Counted from the stretch's first letter, positions 9,016 to 17,336 are shown. The stretch is DNA of 20,080 nt from Promethearchaeota archaeon (GCA_004524535.1 SDNY01000066.1:1-20080), one strand, 5' to 3'. The notes: generated by a model not told the origin, from the letters alone. Made by a program: numbers and translations.

Positions 9016-9135
9016 TAATTTTGCCCTCCTCCCCCTATTTAATTTTTTGACCTTGTATTGAGGTTACGTGGCAGGAATCTCCCTTTCATTAATCGATTAT
9101 TAATCGGAAGATTGAAGTTTTCTAAATTCAGCCCA

Positions 9136-9163
9136 AATAATCACTAAATTTATAGTGATTATT
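9136..9163. promoter_or_regulatory. Inverted repeat AATAATCACTA-N6-TAGTGATTATT, candidate operator between divergent tfb and hdrB
   Basis: Perfect 11-bp arms with a 6-bp spacer. Confidence 0.55.
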
Positions 9164-9298
9164 AGTATGCTCCAAATAAATGTCTGAGTTTTAAATTTTA
9201 AACACATCGCATTAAATTGGTATAAATAATAAAAATAACTTTTTTAACATTTTATTAATTTAAAACCTTAAGTTAACAGAATAAAATTTAAGATTAAA

Positions 9299-10284
9299 AT
9301 GAGTAAATATTCTGATTATAAGTGGAGATATGGATTCTTTTTGGGCTGTGTAAACTAGAAATCAAATCGATTCTAGACATAATTCCAAATAGATATCCTA
9401 TGATTGAAAGAAGTATTAGAGATGTTTTTGATGAGCTTGGAGCAGAAATATTAGATATGCCTGGTGCATCCTGTTGTCCTGCACCTGGAGTGTTTCGCGC
9501 ATTTCATATACCTACATGGTTAGTGATTGCTGCTCGAAATATTTCTATTGCTGAAGAACTTGGTGTCAGCCCGATGACAGGATGCAATGGATGCTATGGG
9601 ACGCTCAGAGATGCATGGTATGATTTAGAACATAATCCAGAAGAGAAAAAGCATGTAAATGAACTTCTTGCAAAAGTAGGACGGGAATATAAGGGAACTT
9701 TCGAACCTAAACATGTTGTTCAAGCTCTTTATTTAGATATGGGACTTGATTACTTGAAGGATCAAATAAAATATAAATTTAAAGATCTAAAAGTTGCGGT
9801 TCATTATGGTTGCCATATTGTTAAACCGAGCGATAAACGCCCTTGGAATGGAGAATATGAAAATCCTGAATTTCTTGATGAGATTGTTGAATTAACGGGT
9901 GCAAAAAGTGTTCCATATAAAGATAAATTTATGTGTTGTGGTGCAGGCGGAGCTGTAAGAACTGCTGTAAAAGAAGTTGCTGCTGATTTTACTCGTGAAA
10001 AACTAGTTAATATGCGGGATGCAGGAGCAGATATTATCATAAATTGCTGCCCTTTCTGCCATCTACAATTAGACCTCGGCCAAGTAGAAGTCAATAATTT
10101 CTACAAAGACATAATTGGGGAGCCTTTTAAGATACCTGTTATTTATATTACCCAATTATTAGGAGTGGCAATGGGTATTGACCCCAACAGGCTCGGATTA
10201 ATAAAAAATCATGAGTTGAAAGGTGTTTCGCCTTTTATTCCTATTGAACCATTTTTAGATATGGTTAAGGAGCAATTAATTTAA
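9299..10284 (+). CDS. hdrB: Heterodisulfide reductase subunit B, join(9299..9353,9383..10284), 318 aa after removal of a 29-nt insert
   Basis: ATG 9299 gives MSKYSDYKWRYGFFLGCV then TAG inside the insert. The downstream frame gives IPNRYP, SCCPAPG, GCNGC, HYGCH, CCGAGG, CPFC. Joining restores FLGCVIPNRYP and CX31CC. The track's GTG 9322 start yields a non-homologous N-terminus. Confidence 0.9.
9354..9382 (+). other. Candidate archaeal BHB-type (bulge-helix-loop) mRNA intron, 29 nt
   Basis: Inner stem CUAGAA/UUCUAG, AAA bulge 9352-9354, 4-bp helix GUGU/ACAU, AAU 9381-9383, exon-exon stem 9332-9345 with 9384-9398. Confidence 0.75.
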
Positions 10285-10301
10285 TTTTTTTAATTTTTTT
10301 T
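10285..10301 (+). terminator. Oligo-T archaeal terminator after hdrB
   Basis: T7-AA-T8 immediately after the stop codon. Confidence 0.5.
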
Positions 10302-10467
10302 CTTGATAAATTTTTTCATTTCTTTTAAGTCATAAATTTAGAAATTATTTCTTTTTAGTTGATCGAATTATTATAATTGATTCATTAATTAAGTTTTGTT
10401 TAAATTTTTTAGATAATAAATAAATGCTTTTCTAATTTTCAAATTCATAAAAATTAGATTTTTAAAT

Positions 10468-10485
10468 TATGAATAATTATTCATA
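10468..10485. promoter_or_regulatory. Perfect 18-bp palindrome TATGAATAATTATTCATA upstream of the thioredoxin genes
   Basis: Self-complementary; core ATGAATAATTATTC recurs at 13559-13572. Confidence 0.6.
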
Positions 10486-10539
10486 TAAAAATTTAATATT
10501 AAATAGAAAAATAAAATAGGAAAGATAAGTGAATAATAA

Positions 10540-10884
10540 TTGAATATAGCAGAATTAAGTAAGTTTGGAATCGAAGGCCCTAATGAAGGCAACCTTATCA
10601 TTGATATCTATGCCGATTGGTGCGGTCCCTGCCAGTTCGTATCTCCTCTTCTCGAAAAACTCAGAGATGAGGGTTTAATTAATTTGATAAAAGTAGATAT
10701 TGATCAAAATCGGCCGTTAGGTCAATTATTCGGCATAACTGCAATACCAACTCTTTTGTTTTTTAAAGATGGACAACTATTGGAAAAGACCATTCAAATT
10801 AATGGACAAAGACTTGTTCAAAATGGTATGATGATTGGAGCTACTGGAGAAGAGACCTTTAGAAAAATACTTGAACAAATGTAA
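10540..10884 (+). CDS. Thioredoxin
   Basis: YADWCGPC active site, VDID, GITAIPTLLFFKDG; TTG start. Confidence 0.9.
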   Translation: MNIAELSKFGIEGPNEGNLIIDIYADWCGPCQFVSPLLEKLRDEGLINLIKVDIDQNRPLGQLFGITAIPTLLFFKDGQLLEKTIQINGQRLVQNGMMIGATGEETFRKILEQM

Positions 10885-10942
10885 GTTGAAGGAGTAATTA
10901 GATTTAAAATATGATATTCATATATAAAGGATTGTTCTAAAA

Positions 10943-11356
10943 ATGTCTGATGAAGAACTAGAGAATATAAAGAGGGAAAAAGCAAAAAAAATGTTAAAAC
11001 AGCTTTCCATACCACAAAACATTATAAATTTAAATACTATTGAACAGTATAGAGATTTATTGGAGAAGCATCCAGACAAAGTAATTATTATGGACTTTTG
11101 GGCCACTTGGTGTGCTCCTTGTAATATGTTCGCTCCAGTATATGAAAAACTACAACAAGAATATGCTAATCAATTCATTTTTGCTAAAGTGAATGTCGAT
11201 ACAAATCAAGTATTAGCAAGTCATTATAAAATAACCGGAATTCCGACTACTCTTTTTGTTAAGAATGGTACAATAATTAATAAAATAGTAGGAGCTGCAA
11301 ACTATAATAAAATGAAACAAATTCTTGAAAAAATTAAAAAAAAGTCTAATAAATAA
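10943..11356 (+). CDS. trxA: Thioredoxin with archaeal N-terminal helix
   Basis: MDFWATWCAPC, FAKVNVD, ITGIPTTLFVKNG; MSDEELENIKREK leader. Confidence 0.92.
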   Translation: MSDEELENIKREKAKKMLKQLSIPQNIINLNTIEQYRDLLEKHPDKVIIMDFWATWCAPCNMFAPVYEKLQQEYANQFIFAKVNVDTNQVLASHYKITGIPTTLFVKNGTIINKIVGAANYNKMKQILEKIKKKSNK

Positions 11357-11382
11357 ATTTTTTAGTCAAAAAAAGTAGAAAA

Positions 11383-11907
11383 ATGAAAGCAATCGGAATT
11401 GTTGGATCTCCAAGAAAGGATGGAAATACTGCTTATTTAACAAAACAAGTTTTAGATGGATTAGAAGAAAAATTTGAAACCGAAATGATTTTTTTAAAAG
11501 ACCAAGAGATAAATCCCTGTGAGGCGTGTCATTCTTGCATAAAAGAGGAAAAATGCATCATAGAAGATGATATGCAAGAACTTTACAAAAAACTCAAAGA
11601 AGCTTCAGTCATAATATTATCTAGCCCCGTGCATATGGGGGGCATAACATCTCGATTAAGGATGTTTATGGAGCGGATGTGGCATCTTAGAAAAGGACAA
11701 CTGAAAGACAAAATCGGTTCATTTATAGTAATTGGAAGACGTGATCTTGGGAGTGCTGTAAATGAAATGGAAGAATTTTTGACACGATTAAAATTAGTAA
11801 AAATTCCAGGGGTTATCAGTTATGGCTTTAATAAAGGGGATATTAATAAAGACAAAGAAGCACTAAAAAATGCTCAAGGACAAATTAATCAAATTCTTAA
11901 TCTATAA
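11383..11907 (+). CDS. Iron-sulfur flavoprotein / NADPH-dependent FMN reductase family
   Basis: GSPRKDGNT FMN loop, CEACHSCIKEEKC compact 4Fe-4S motif, DDM, SPVHMG. Confidence 0.9.
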   Translation: MKAIGIVGSPRKDGNTAYLTKQVLDGLEEKFETEMIFLKDQEINPCEACHSCIKEEKCIIEDDMQELYKKLKEASVIILSSPVHMGGITSRLRMFMERMWHLRKGQLKDKIGSFIVIGRRDLGSAVNEMEEFLTRLKLVKIPGVISYGFNKGDINKDKEALKNAQGQINQILNL

Positions 11908-12042
11908 AAAGCTAAATTGAAGATTACGTATTATTGTTCCTTGATTTAACTATTAATTAGGACTTTAAACCTTGCAATAAATAAATAAAAAAAAAAAAAT
12001 AAACCTCAAATATATTATAATGCAATTATTTTTATCTAAAAA

Positions 12043-12813
12043 GTGGAGCTTAACTTGAAGATAGATGACTACCAATTAGCGGCCGAATGGATTTTAGAAT
12101 CTAAATATACTGTAATTTTTTCTGGAGCGGGTGTCTCAGTTGAAAGTGGGATTCCGCCATTTCGTGGAGAAAATGGGTTATGGAGCAAATACAATCCAAT
12201 TTTTTTAGAAACAAGTTATTTTAAGAAATATCCAAAAAAATCTTGGGATTTAATAAAAGAAATTTTTTATGATTTTTTTGGTCAAGCAAATCCTAATGAG
12301 GCACATTATATTATTGCAGAATTAGAAAAAAAAGGATTAATTGATGCAATTATTACACAGAATATTGATAATCTTCATCAAAAGGCGGGAAGTAAAAATG
12401 TTATAGAATTTCATGGAACTTCAAAGACTTTAACATGTTTAAATTGTGTTCAAAAATTCAATAGTGAAAAATTTTTAAATAAATTGCCACCTCATTGCCC
12501 TAAATGTGATGGTTTACTAAAACCGGATTTCGTATTTTTTAGTGAACCAATACCAGATAAAGCTCAGACACTTTCGAATAGATACGCATCAATGGCCGAA
12601 TTATTTATATTAGTAGGGACCACTGGAGAAATAATGCCTGCTTCTTTAATTCCGTATCTTGCAAGAGAAAAAGGCGTACGAATGATTGAAATTAATATTG
12701 AACCAACTAAATATACTCAGACAATTGTCGATATTCTTTTAAAAGGAAAAGCAACGGAAGTATTTATGAATTTAAAAAAATATTTAAATTTGAATAATAC
12801 TCAAAGTAATTAG
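12043..12813 (+). CDS. cobB: Sir2-family NAD-dependent protein deacylase
   Basis: GAGVSVESGIPPFRG, ITQNIDNLHQKAG, FHG, CxxC...CxxC, LKPDFVFF, VGTTG, EINIEPT. Confidence 0.93.
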   Translation: MELNLKIDDYQLAAEWILESKYTVIFSGAGVSVESGIPPFRGENGLWSKYNPIFLETSYFKKYPKKSWDLIKEIFYDFFGQANPNEAHYIIAELEKKGLIDAIITQNIDNLHQKAGSKNVIEFHGTSKTLTCLNCVQKFNSEKFLNKLPPHCPKCDGLLKPDFVFFSEPIPDKAQTLSNRYASMAELFILVGTTGEIMPASLIPYLAREKGVRMIEINIEPTKYTQTIVDILLKGKATEVFMNLKKYLNLNNTQSN

Positions 12814-12855
12814 GATTAAGGTCATGGTATAATAATATTTTTAGGTCAAATAGAA

Positions 12856-13542
12856 TTAAAAAGAAAAAGAATTACCCACACAAATTTGCTTAAATTGGTC
12901 TGGAAACCTTTTTTGAATAGAACCTATATGTTGTGTGCAATGACAGGCCCCTATAAAATCAATCCCTTCTAAATATGAATATTTTTGGAAACCGTGAAAT
13001 CCTCCAATTACTGCTATAACCTTTGAAATCTTTTGTGCTTTTAAGATAAAATTTTCTAATCCTGGATGCGTACAACCAACAAGAATTACAATTTCATTAT
13101 TTTTAGTTTTTAAGAATAAGGCTTGTTCTTTTATTGTACTTCCTATTTGTCCTGAAGAATATATATTTTGATCGATCTCCATGGAATCTGAAACTCCAGT
13201 AACTTTTGCTTTAGTCAAATTTTGCTTATAAAGCTGTTCGACTCTTTTTGGCACATAAATTTCAATATTTGAATTTAATCTATAAATTCCACTTAATCCC
13301 CCTGCATGATCATGATGATTATGAGAAATGATTATTTTTTTAATTTCAGAAGGATTAATATTAAATTTTTTAATATTATGAATTAAAACCTCAGAATTAC
13401 CACCAGTATCAAATAATAAATAATTCTTGGTAAATTTATTATAAATGAGTACAGCAAATCCAAAACCAGTTAAGAAGCCCTCTTCATTGCATTTATTATC
13501 AAAAACAATCCTAATTTCAAAGGAATTTTCTTTAGATATCAT
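12856..13542 (-). CDS. MBL-fold metallo-hydrolase (MJ0448-like)
   Basis: LFDTG, ISHNHHDHAGG, EQAL, VGCTHPG, IGGFH, ACHCT. Confidence 0.88.
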   Translation of the reverse strand: MISKENSFEIRIVFDNKCNEEGFLTGFGFAVLIYNKFTKNYLLFDTGGNSEVLIHNIKKFNINPSEIKKIIISHNHHDHAGGLSGIYRLNSNIEIYVPKRVEQLYKQNLTKAKVTGVSDSMEIDQNIYSSGQIGSTIKEQALFLKTKNNEIVILVGCTHPGLENFILKAQKISKVIAVIGGFHGFQKYSYLEGIDFIGACHCTQHIGSIQKRFPDQFKQICVGNSFSF

Positions 13543-13558
13543 TTATATTTTTTAAATA

Positions 13559-13572
13559 ATGAATAATTATTC
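13559..13572. promoter_or_regulatory. Palindrome GAATAATTATTC just upstream of the MBL hydrolase start
   Basis: Same 14-mer ATGAATAATTATTC as at 10469-10482. Confidence 0.55.
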
Positions 13573-13767
13573 TTAAAAATAATTAATTGATTATTTGCTA
13601 TACCTTTCTGAAATCAAGAGGGATTAAATTCATAAAATAGAGATAAATATTTTATTGATTTAAAAAAAGAATCTCACACTGCACTTTCCCGTTAAATTCC
13701 ATAATACTTAAATATCAACAGATTATTTGTTTTAATATTATCAGATAACTAAAAGATATAAAAAAAA

Positions 13768-13974
13768 ATGACTGTGTATAAAACTATTGAATTAGTTTCA
13801 ACATCTGAAAAGCATTGGGGGGATGCGTTGCAAAAGGGATACGAAGAAGCTAAAAAAACTCTGCGGGGAATACGAACTATTCAAACAGTAAAATTTGATG
13901 TAAAAGTAAAAGAAGATACAGACACGCTTATTTATCGAATCCGATTCAGGGTAAATTTTGAGATGGAAAAATAA
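13768..13974 (+). CDS. Dodecin (flavin-binding) family protein
   Basis: 68 aa, VYKTIELVSTSEKHWGDA...AKKTLRGI...YRIRFRVNF. Confidence 0.88.
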   Translation: MTVYKTIELVSTSEKHWGDALQKGYEEAKKTLRGIRTIQTVKFDVKVKEDTDTLIYRIRFRVNFEMEK

Positions 13975-14127
13975 TTATTTACCATATTTTTTTCCCCATT
14001 CTGCTTGCTTTTTTGCCGGATCGTCTCTTATCTGGCACTTATGATGGATTATATCTTGTTTTTCAAAGGTTTGATCGAGTAGATCATCCAATTCATCTTC
14101 AGAGAGCTTTTCTTTCTTTTTTGTCAT
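13975..14127 (-). CDS. Small hypothetical protein, 50 aa (not in the ORF track)
   Basis: MTKKKEKLSEDELDDLLDQTFEKQDIIHHKCQIRDDPAKKQAEWGKKYGK; stop abuts the dodecin stop; AT-rich promoter-like region upstream. Confidence 0.6.
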   Translation of the reverse strand: MTKKKEKLSEDELDDLLDQTFEKQDIIHHKCQIRDDPAKKQAEWGKKYGK

Positions 14128-14291
14128 AATAAATATACGATTTTTTAGATATATGTAATATATTACTATTCATATAATTTCTTTATTACAGAGGTTTTAT
14201 TCTACCATCGACAGAAATTCTCCTTCATATTATTTATATATATTATATTACTATTATTTCTGAACAAAATATAAAAGAAAAATGGACTAAG

Positions 14292-14744
14292 ATGAGTGAA
14301 GACTTTTTTGATGATTATGCAAAAAAACTTGAAGAAATGATCAAAGAAAAAGCAAAAGAGGATTATAATGAATATATCGTTGATTTGTTTTACGATCCAA
14401 AAAATTGGGGCAAGCCCCCTGATAATGAAATATCTATTTCACAATCCTATAAAGGACCGTGCAATGATACTATGACTTTTTATTTAAATATCAAGAATGA
14501 TATCATTGAGAAAGCAAATTTTATTACAGACGGCTGTGGAGCTACTGTTGCCACAGCAAGTCAGGTAACTCTTCTTATTGAAGGAAAATCATTAGAATTT
14601 GCTGAAAATTTAACAGCCGAAGATATAGATAAAGCTTTAGGAGGATTACCAGAAGATCATAAGCATTGTGCAGAATTATCTGCTACGACTTTGAAAAAAG
14701 CGATTAATAAATATAGAAGAAAGGTATATCAAATAAAAAAGTAA
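14292..14744 (+). CDS. iscU: Fe-S cluster scaffold, IscU/NifU N-terminal family
   Basis: PKNWG, GPCNDTM, FITDGCG, LGGLPEDHKHCAEL (three conserved Cys). Confidence 0.9.
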   Translation: MSEDFFDDYAKKLEEMIKEKAKEDYNEYIVDLFYDPKNWGKPPDNEISISQSYKGPCNDTMTFYLNIKNDIIEKANFITDGCGATVATASQVTLLIEGKSLEFAENLTAEDIDKALGGLPEDHKHCAELSATTLKKAINKYRRKVYQIKK

Positions 14745-14785
14745 ATAATTATAATTAAAATGCTAAAAAATTAAAAAAATAAGAT

Positions 14786-14938
14786 TTATAATTTAATATC
14801 TATATTTACTGTTTTTTTATCTTTAGGAATCCCTTTCAACGCCTCAATAAACCCCAAATTAATGTTTGTCAGAACTTTACTCATTATCGGATTCAATGGA
14901 ATTTCTTTGTCATTTATAAGTAATTTAATATCTGCCAT
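14786..14938 (-). CDS. Small protein, 50 aa, resembling a stand-alone MobB C-terminal domain (not in the ORF track)
   Basis: MADIKLLINDKEIPLNPIMSKVLTNINLGFIEALKGIPKDKKTVNIDIKL; the L-x-I-N-x-K-x-IPLNP...N...G...LKG pattern recalls the C-terminal extension of archaeal MobB. Confidence 0.65.
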   Translation of the reverse strand: MADIKLLINDKEIPLNPIMSKVLTNINLGFIEALKGIPKDKKTVNIDIKL

Positions 14939-15178
14939 ATTTAATTCTTAGTTTCCTTAAATTTTAGAATTTAAATCTATTTAGTAAAAATTAATTTACA
15001 AATGTAATTAACATTTTTGAATTTAAAGAAAAACTTATTTTAGATATTAAATTGGCAGCCAAATCGTAAAGGGTATAAAAAGAATCGAGGGAGAATTAAA
15101 AAGTCAATAATCATCCATCTTATTAAGATCATTACTTTAATTCAGAAATTAAAATCATATTTTTAATTATTATATCTT

Positions 15179-15193
15179 ATAACAAGTTTTTTA
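15179..15193 (+). promoter_or_regulatory. Second copy of ATAACAAGTTTTTTA upstream of hdrA
   Basis: Exact match to 4694-4708. Confidence 0.45.
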
Positions 15194-15336
15194 ACAATCT
15201 CTTAATTTTGATTTCTTAATATGCAAAATAAAATCGATTTTATATACATTAAAAAATTATGATTTTAAAACATTTTATTCCTATTAAACCATTTTTAGAA
15301 ATGGTCAAGGAACAATTAATATAAGATGGACTAAAA

Positions 15337-17334
15337 ATGACAGAAACAGAAAAAGAAATAATAGTAACTGGGAATGAAAAGCCTCGAATTGGAGTGTTTG
15401 TTTGCCACTGTGGAGTTAATATAGCGGGTGTTATCCCTATAGAAGATTTAGTAGAATATGCTAAAACTCTACCCGATGTAGTATTTGCTACAGAATATAA
15501 ATTTATGTGTTCCGATGTCGGACAAACGCTTATCAAAGAAAAAATTCAAGAACAAAATCTTAATCGAGTGATCGTTGCTGCTTGTTCTCCCCGTATGCAT
15601 GAACCCACATTTAGACTGGTATTAAAAGAAGCTGGTTTAAATCAATTTTTATTCGAGATGGCTAATATTAGAGAACATAGCTCTTGGGTCCATATGAAAG
15701 ATCCTGAAGGAGCCTACGAAATTGCTAAAGATCATATTAGATTAGCTGTTAATAAAGCACGAGAATTAGTACCGTTAGAAGTCCAAACTGTCGAGGTTGA
15801 CCCATCATGCTTAATTATCGGTGGTGGAATCGCTGGTATGAATGCTGCGTTAGATCTTGCCACCGAAGGATATAAAGTTTATTTAGTTGAAAAAACGCCA
15901 ACTATTGGCGGTCATATGGCACAGTTGGATAAAACATTCCCAACCATGGATTGTAGTGCTTGTATTCTTACACCAAGGATGGTTGACGTTGCGCGGAACG
16001 AAAATATCGAGCTCTTAACGTATTCTGAAGTAACTGATGTAACAGGATATATTGGTAATTTTGAGGTAACAATTTTGAAAAAACCGCATTATGTCGATCA
16101 AGAAAAGTGTACTGGCTGTGGAGTTTGTATTGACCATTGTCCTGTCTCCGTTGGAAATGAGTTTGATCTTGGGTTGGCTACAAGAAAGGCAATATATATT
16201 CCATTCCCTCAAGCAGTTCCAGGTCAATATACGATTGATATGGATAGTTGTATAAGATGCGGGATATGTGCAAGCCCCGATGTGTGCGAGCCTGAAGCGA
16301 TAGTCTATGATGATGAGCCCGAAGAGATAAAAGTAAAAGTAGGCACGATAATAGTAGCTACTGGTTGGGATTTATATGATCCTACAGAATTAAAACAATA
16401 TGGGTATGGAAGATATCCAAATGTGATTACAGGGCTGCAAATGGAACGATTATTAAGTTCATTTGGACCATTATTGGGAAAACCCGTAAGACCTTCTGAC
16501 CTTAAGGAGCCGCATAGTATTGCTTTTCTTCAGTGCGTTGGCAGTAGAAATTTTAGGGAAGGAGGGAATAAATATTGTTCGAGAGTATGTTGTATGTATG
16601 CAACAAAGCAGGCGAGACAGTATAAGGAGAAACATCCCGATGCAGAAATTTATATTTTTTATATGGATATCCGAGCCTTTGGAAAGGGATATGAGGAATT
16701 CTATGAATCTGCTGGGAGAAATTATGGGATTAATTATGTAAGAGGCAGAATTGCTGAAGTAAGAGAGGGAGAAGACCATAAAATTATTATTAGATCTGAA
16801 GACACACTTCTTCAGCAACCAATTGAATTAGAAGTGGATATGTTTGTTCTTTCATGTGGTTTAGAACCAAGAGCAGATGCTGATAAAATTACCTCGTTAT
16901 TAAGAATTCAGCGTTCCGGAGATGGCTTTTTTATGGAAGCTCATCCGAAGTTAAGACCGGTCGATACATTAACTGAAGGGATATTTGTTGCTGGTGTAGC
17001 TCAAGGGCCAAAAGACATTCCGGATGCTGTAGCACAGGCAAAGGGAGCAGCATCTAGCGCTGCAGCTTTAATGGCCAAAGGTGAAGTGGAAGTTGAGCCT
17101 TTTTTCGCCGTCGTTTCTCCTGAGAGGTGTATTGGTTGTGGAATGTGTGTTGAAAATTGTGCCTATGGAGCAGTCGAACTCGTTGAAGATAGACGATTTG
17201 GAACAATAGCCTCCATCAACCAAGCATTATGTAAAGGCTGTGGGGCATGCGCAGGAAATTGTAGATGTTCCGCAATTAATATAAAAGGATTTACTGCAGA
17301 ACAAATATTTGAAATGATCACAGGGAGGTTTTAA
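15337..17334 (+). CDS. hdrA: Heterodisulfide reductase subunit A (FAD, Fe-S; Cys form)
   Basis: RIGVFVCHCGVNI, ACSPRMHE, IGGGIAG, LDKTFPTMDCSACIL, QCVGSR, CSRVCCMY, GPKDIP, C-terminal 2x[4Fe-4S]. Confidence 0.97.
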   Translation: MTETEKEIIVTGNEKPRIGVFVCHCGVNIAGVIPIEDLVEYAKTLPDVVFATEYKFMCSDVGQTLIKEKIQEQNLNRVIVAACSPRMHEPTFRLVLKEAGLNQFLFEMANIREHSSWVHMKDPEGAYEIAKDHIRLAVNKARELVPLEVQTVEVDPSCLIIGGGIAGMNAALDLATEGYKVYLVEKTPTIGGHMAQLDKTFPTMDCSACILTPRMVDVARNENIELLTYSEVTDVTGYIGNFEVTILKKPHYVDQEKCTGCGVCIDHCPVSVGNEFDLGLATRKAIYIPFPQAVPGQYTIDMDSCIRCGICASPDVCEPEAIVYDDEPEEIKVKVGTIIVATGWDLYDPTELKQYGYGRYPNVITGLQMERLLSSFGPLLGKPVRPSDLKEPHSIAFLQCVGSRNFREGGNKYCSRVCCMYATKQARQYKEKHPDAEIYIFYMDIRAFGKGYEEFYESAGRNYGINYVRGRIAEVREGEDHKIIIRSEDTLLQQPIELEVDMFVLSCGLEPRADADKITSLLRIQRSGDGFFMEAHPKLRPVDTLTEGIFVAGVAQGPKDIPDAVAQAKGAASSAAALMAKGEVEVEPFFAVVSPERCIGCGMCVENCAYGAVELVEDRRFGTIASINQALCKGCGACAGNCRCSAINIKGFTAEQIFEMITGRF

Positions 17335-17336
17335 AA

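Noticed and set aside
9348-9376. Spliceosomal-style GT...AG reading of the 29-nt insert
   Set aside because: It also restores the frame but converts the cluster-ligating Cys to Tyr (GGC TAC). The BHB cut sites keep the Cys and need no spliceosome.
9322-9378. GTG-started N-terminus MEIWILFGLCKLEIKSILD as the real HdrB start
   Set aside because: Not HdrB-like. The conserved YGFFLGC lies in another frame from ATG 9299 and is independently echoed by the stub at 5450.
11987-11999. A13 homopolymer upstream of the sirtuin gene
   Set aside because: Unremarkable in very AT-rich intergenic DNA; no support for phase variation.
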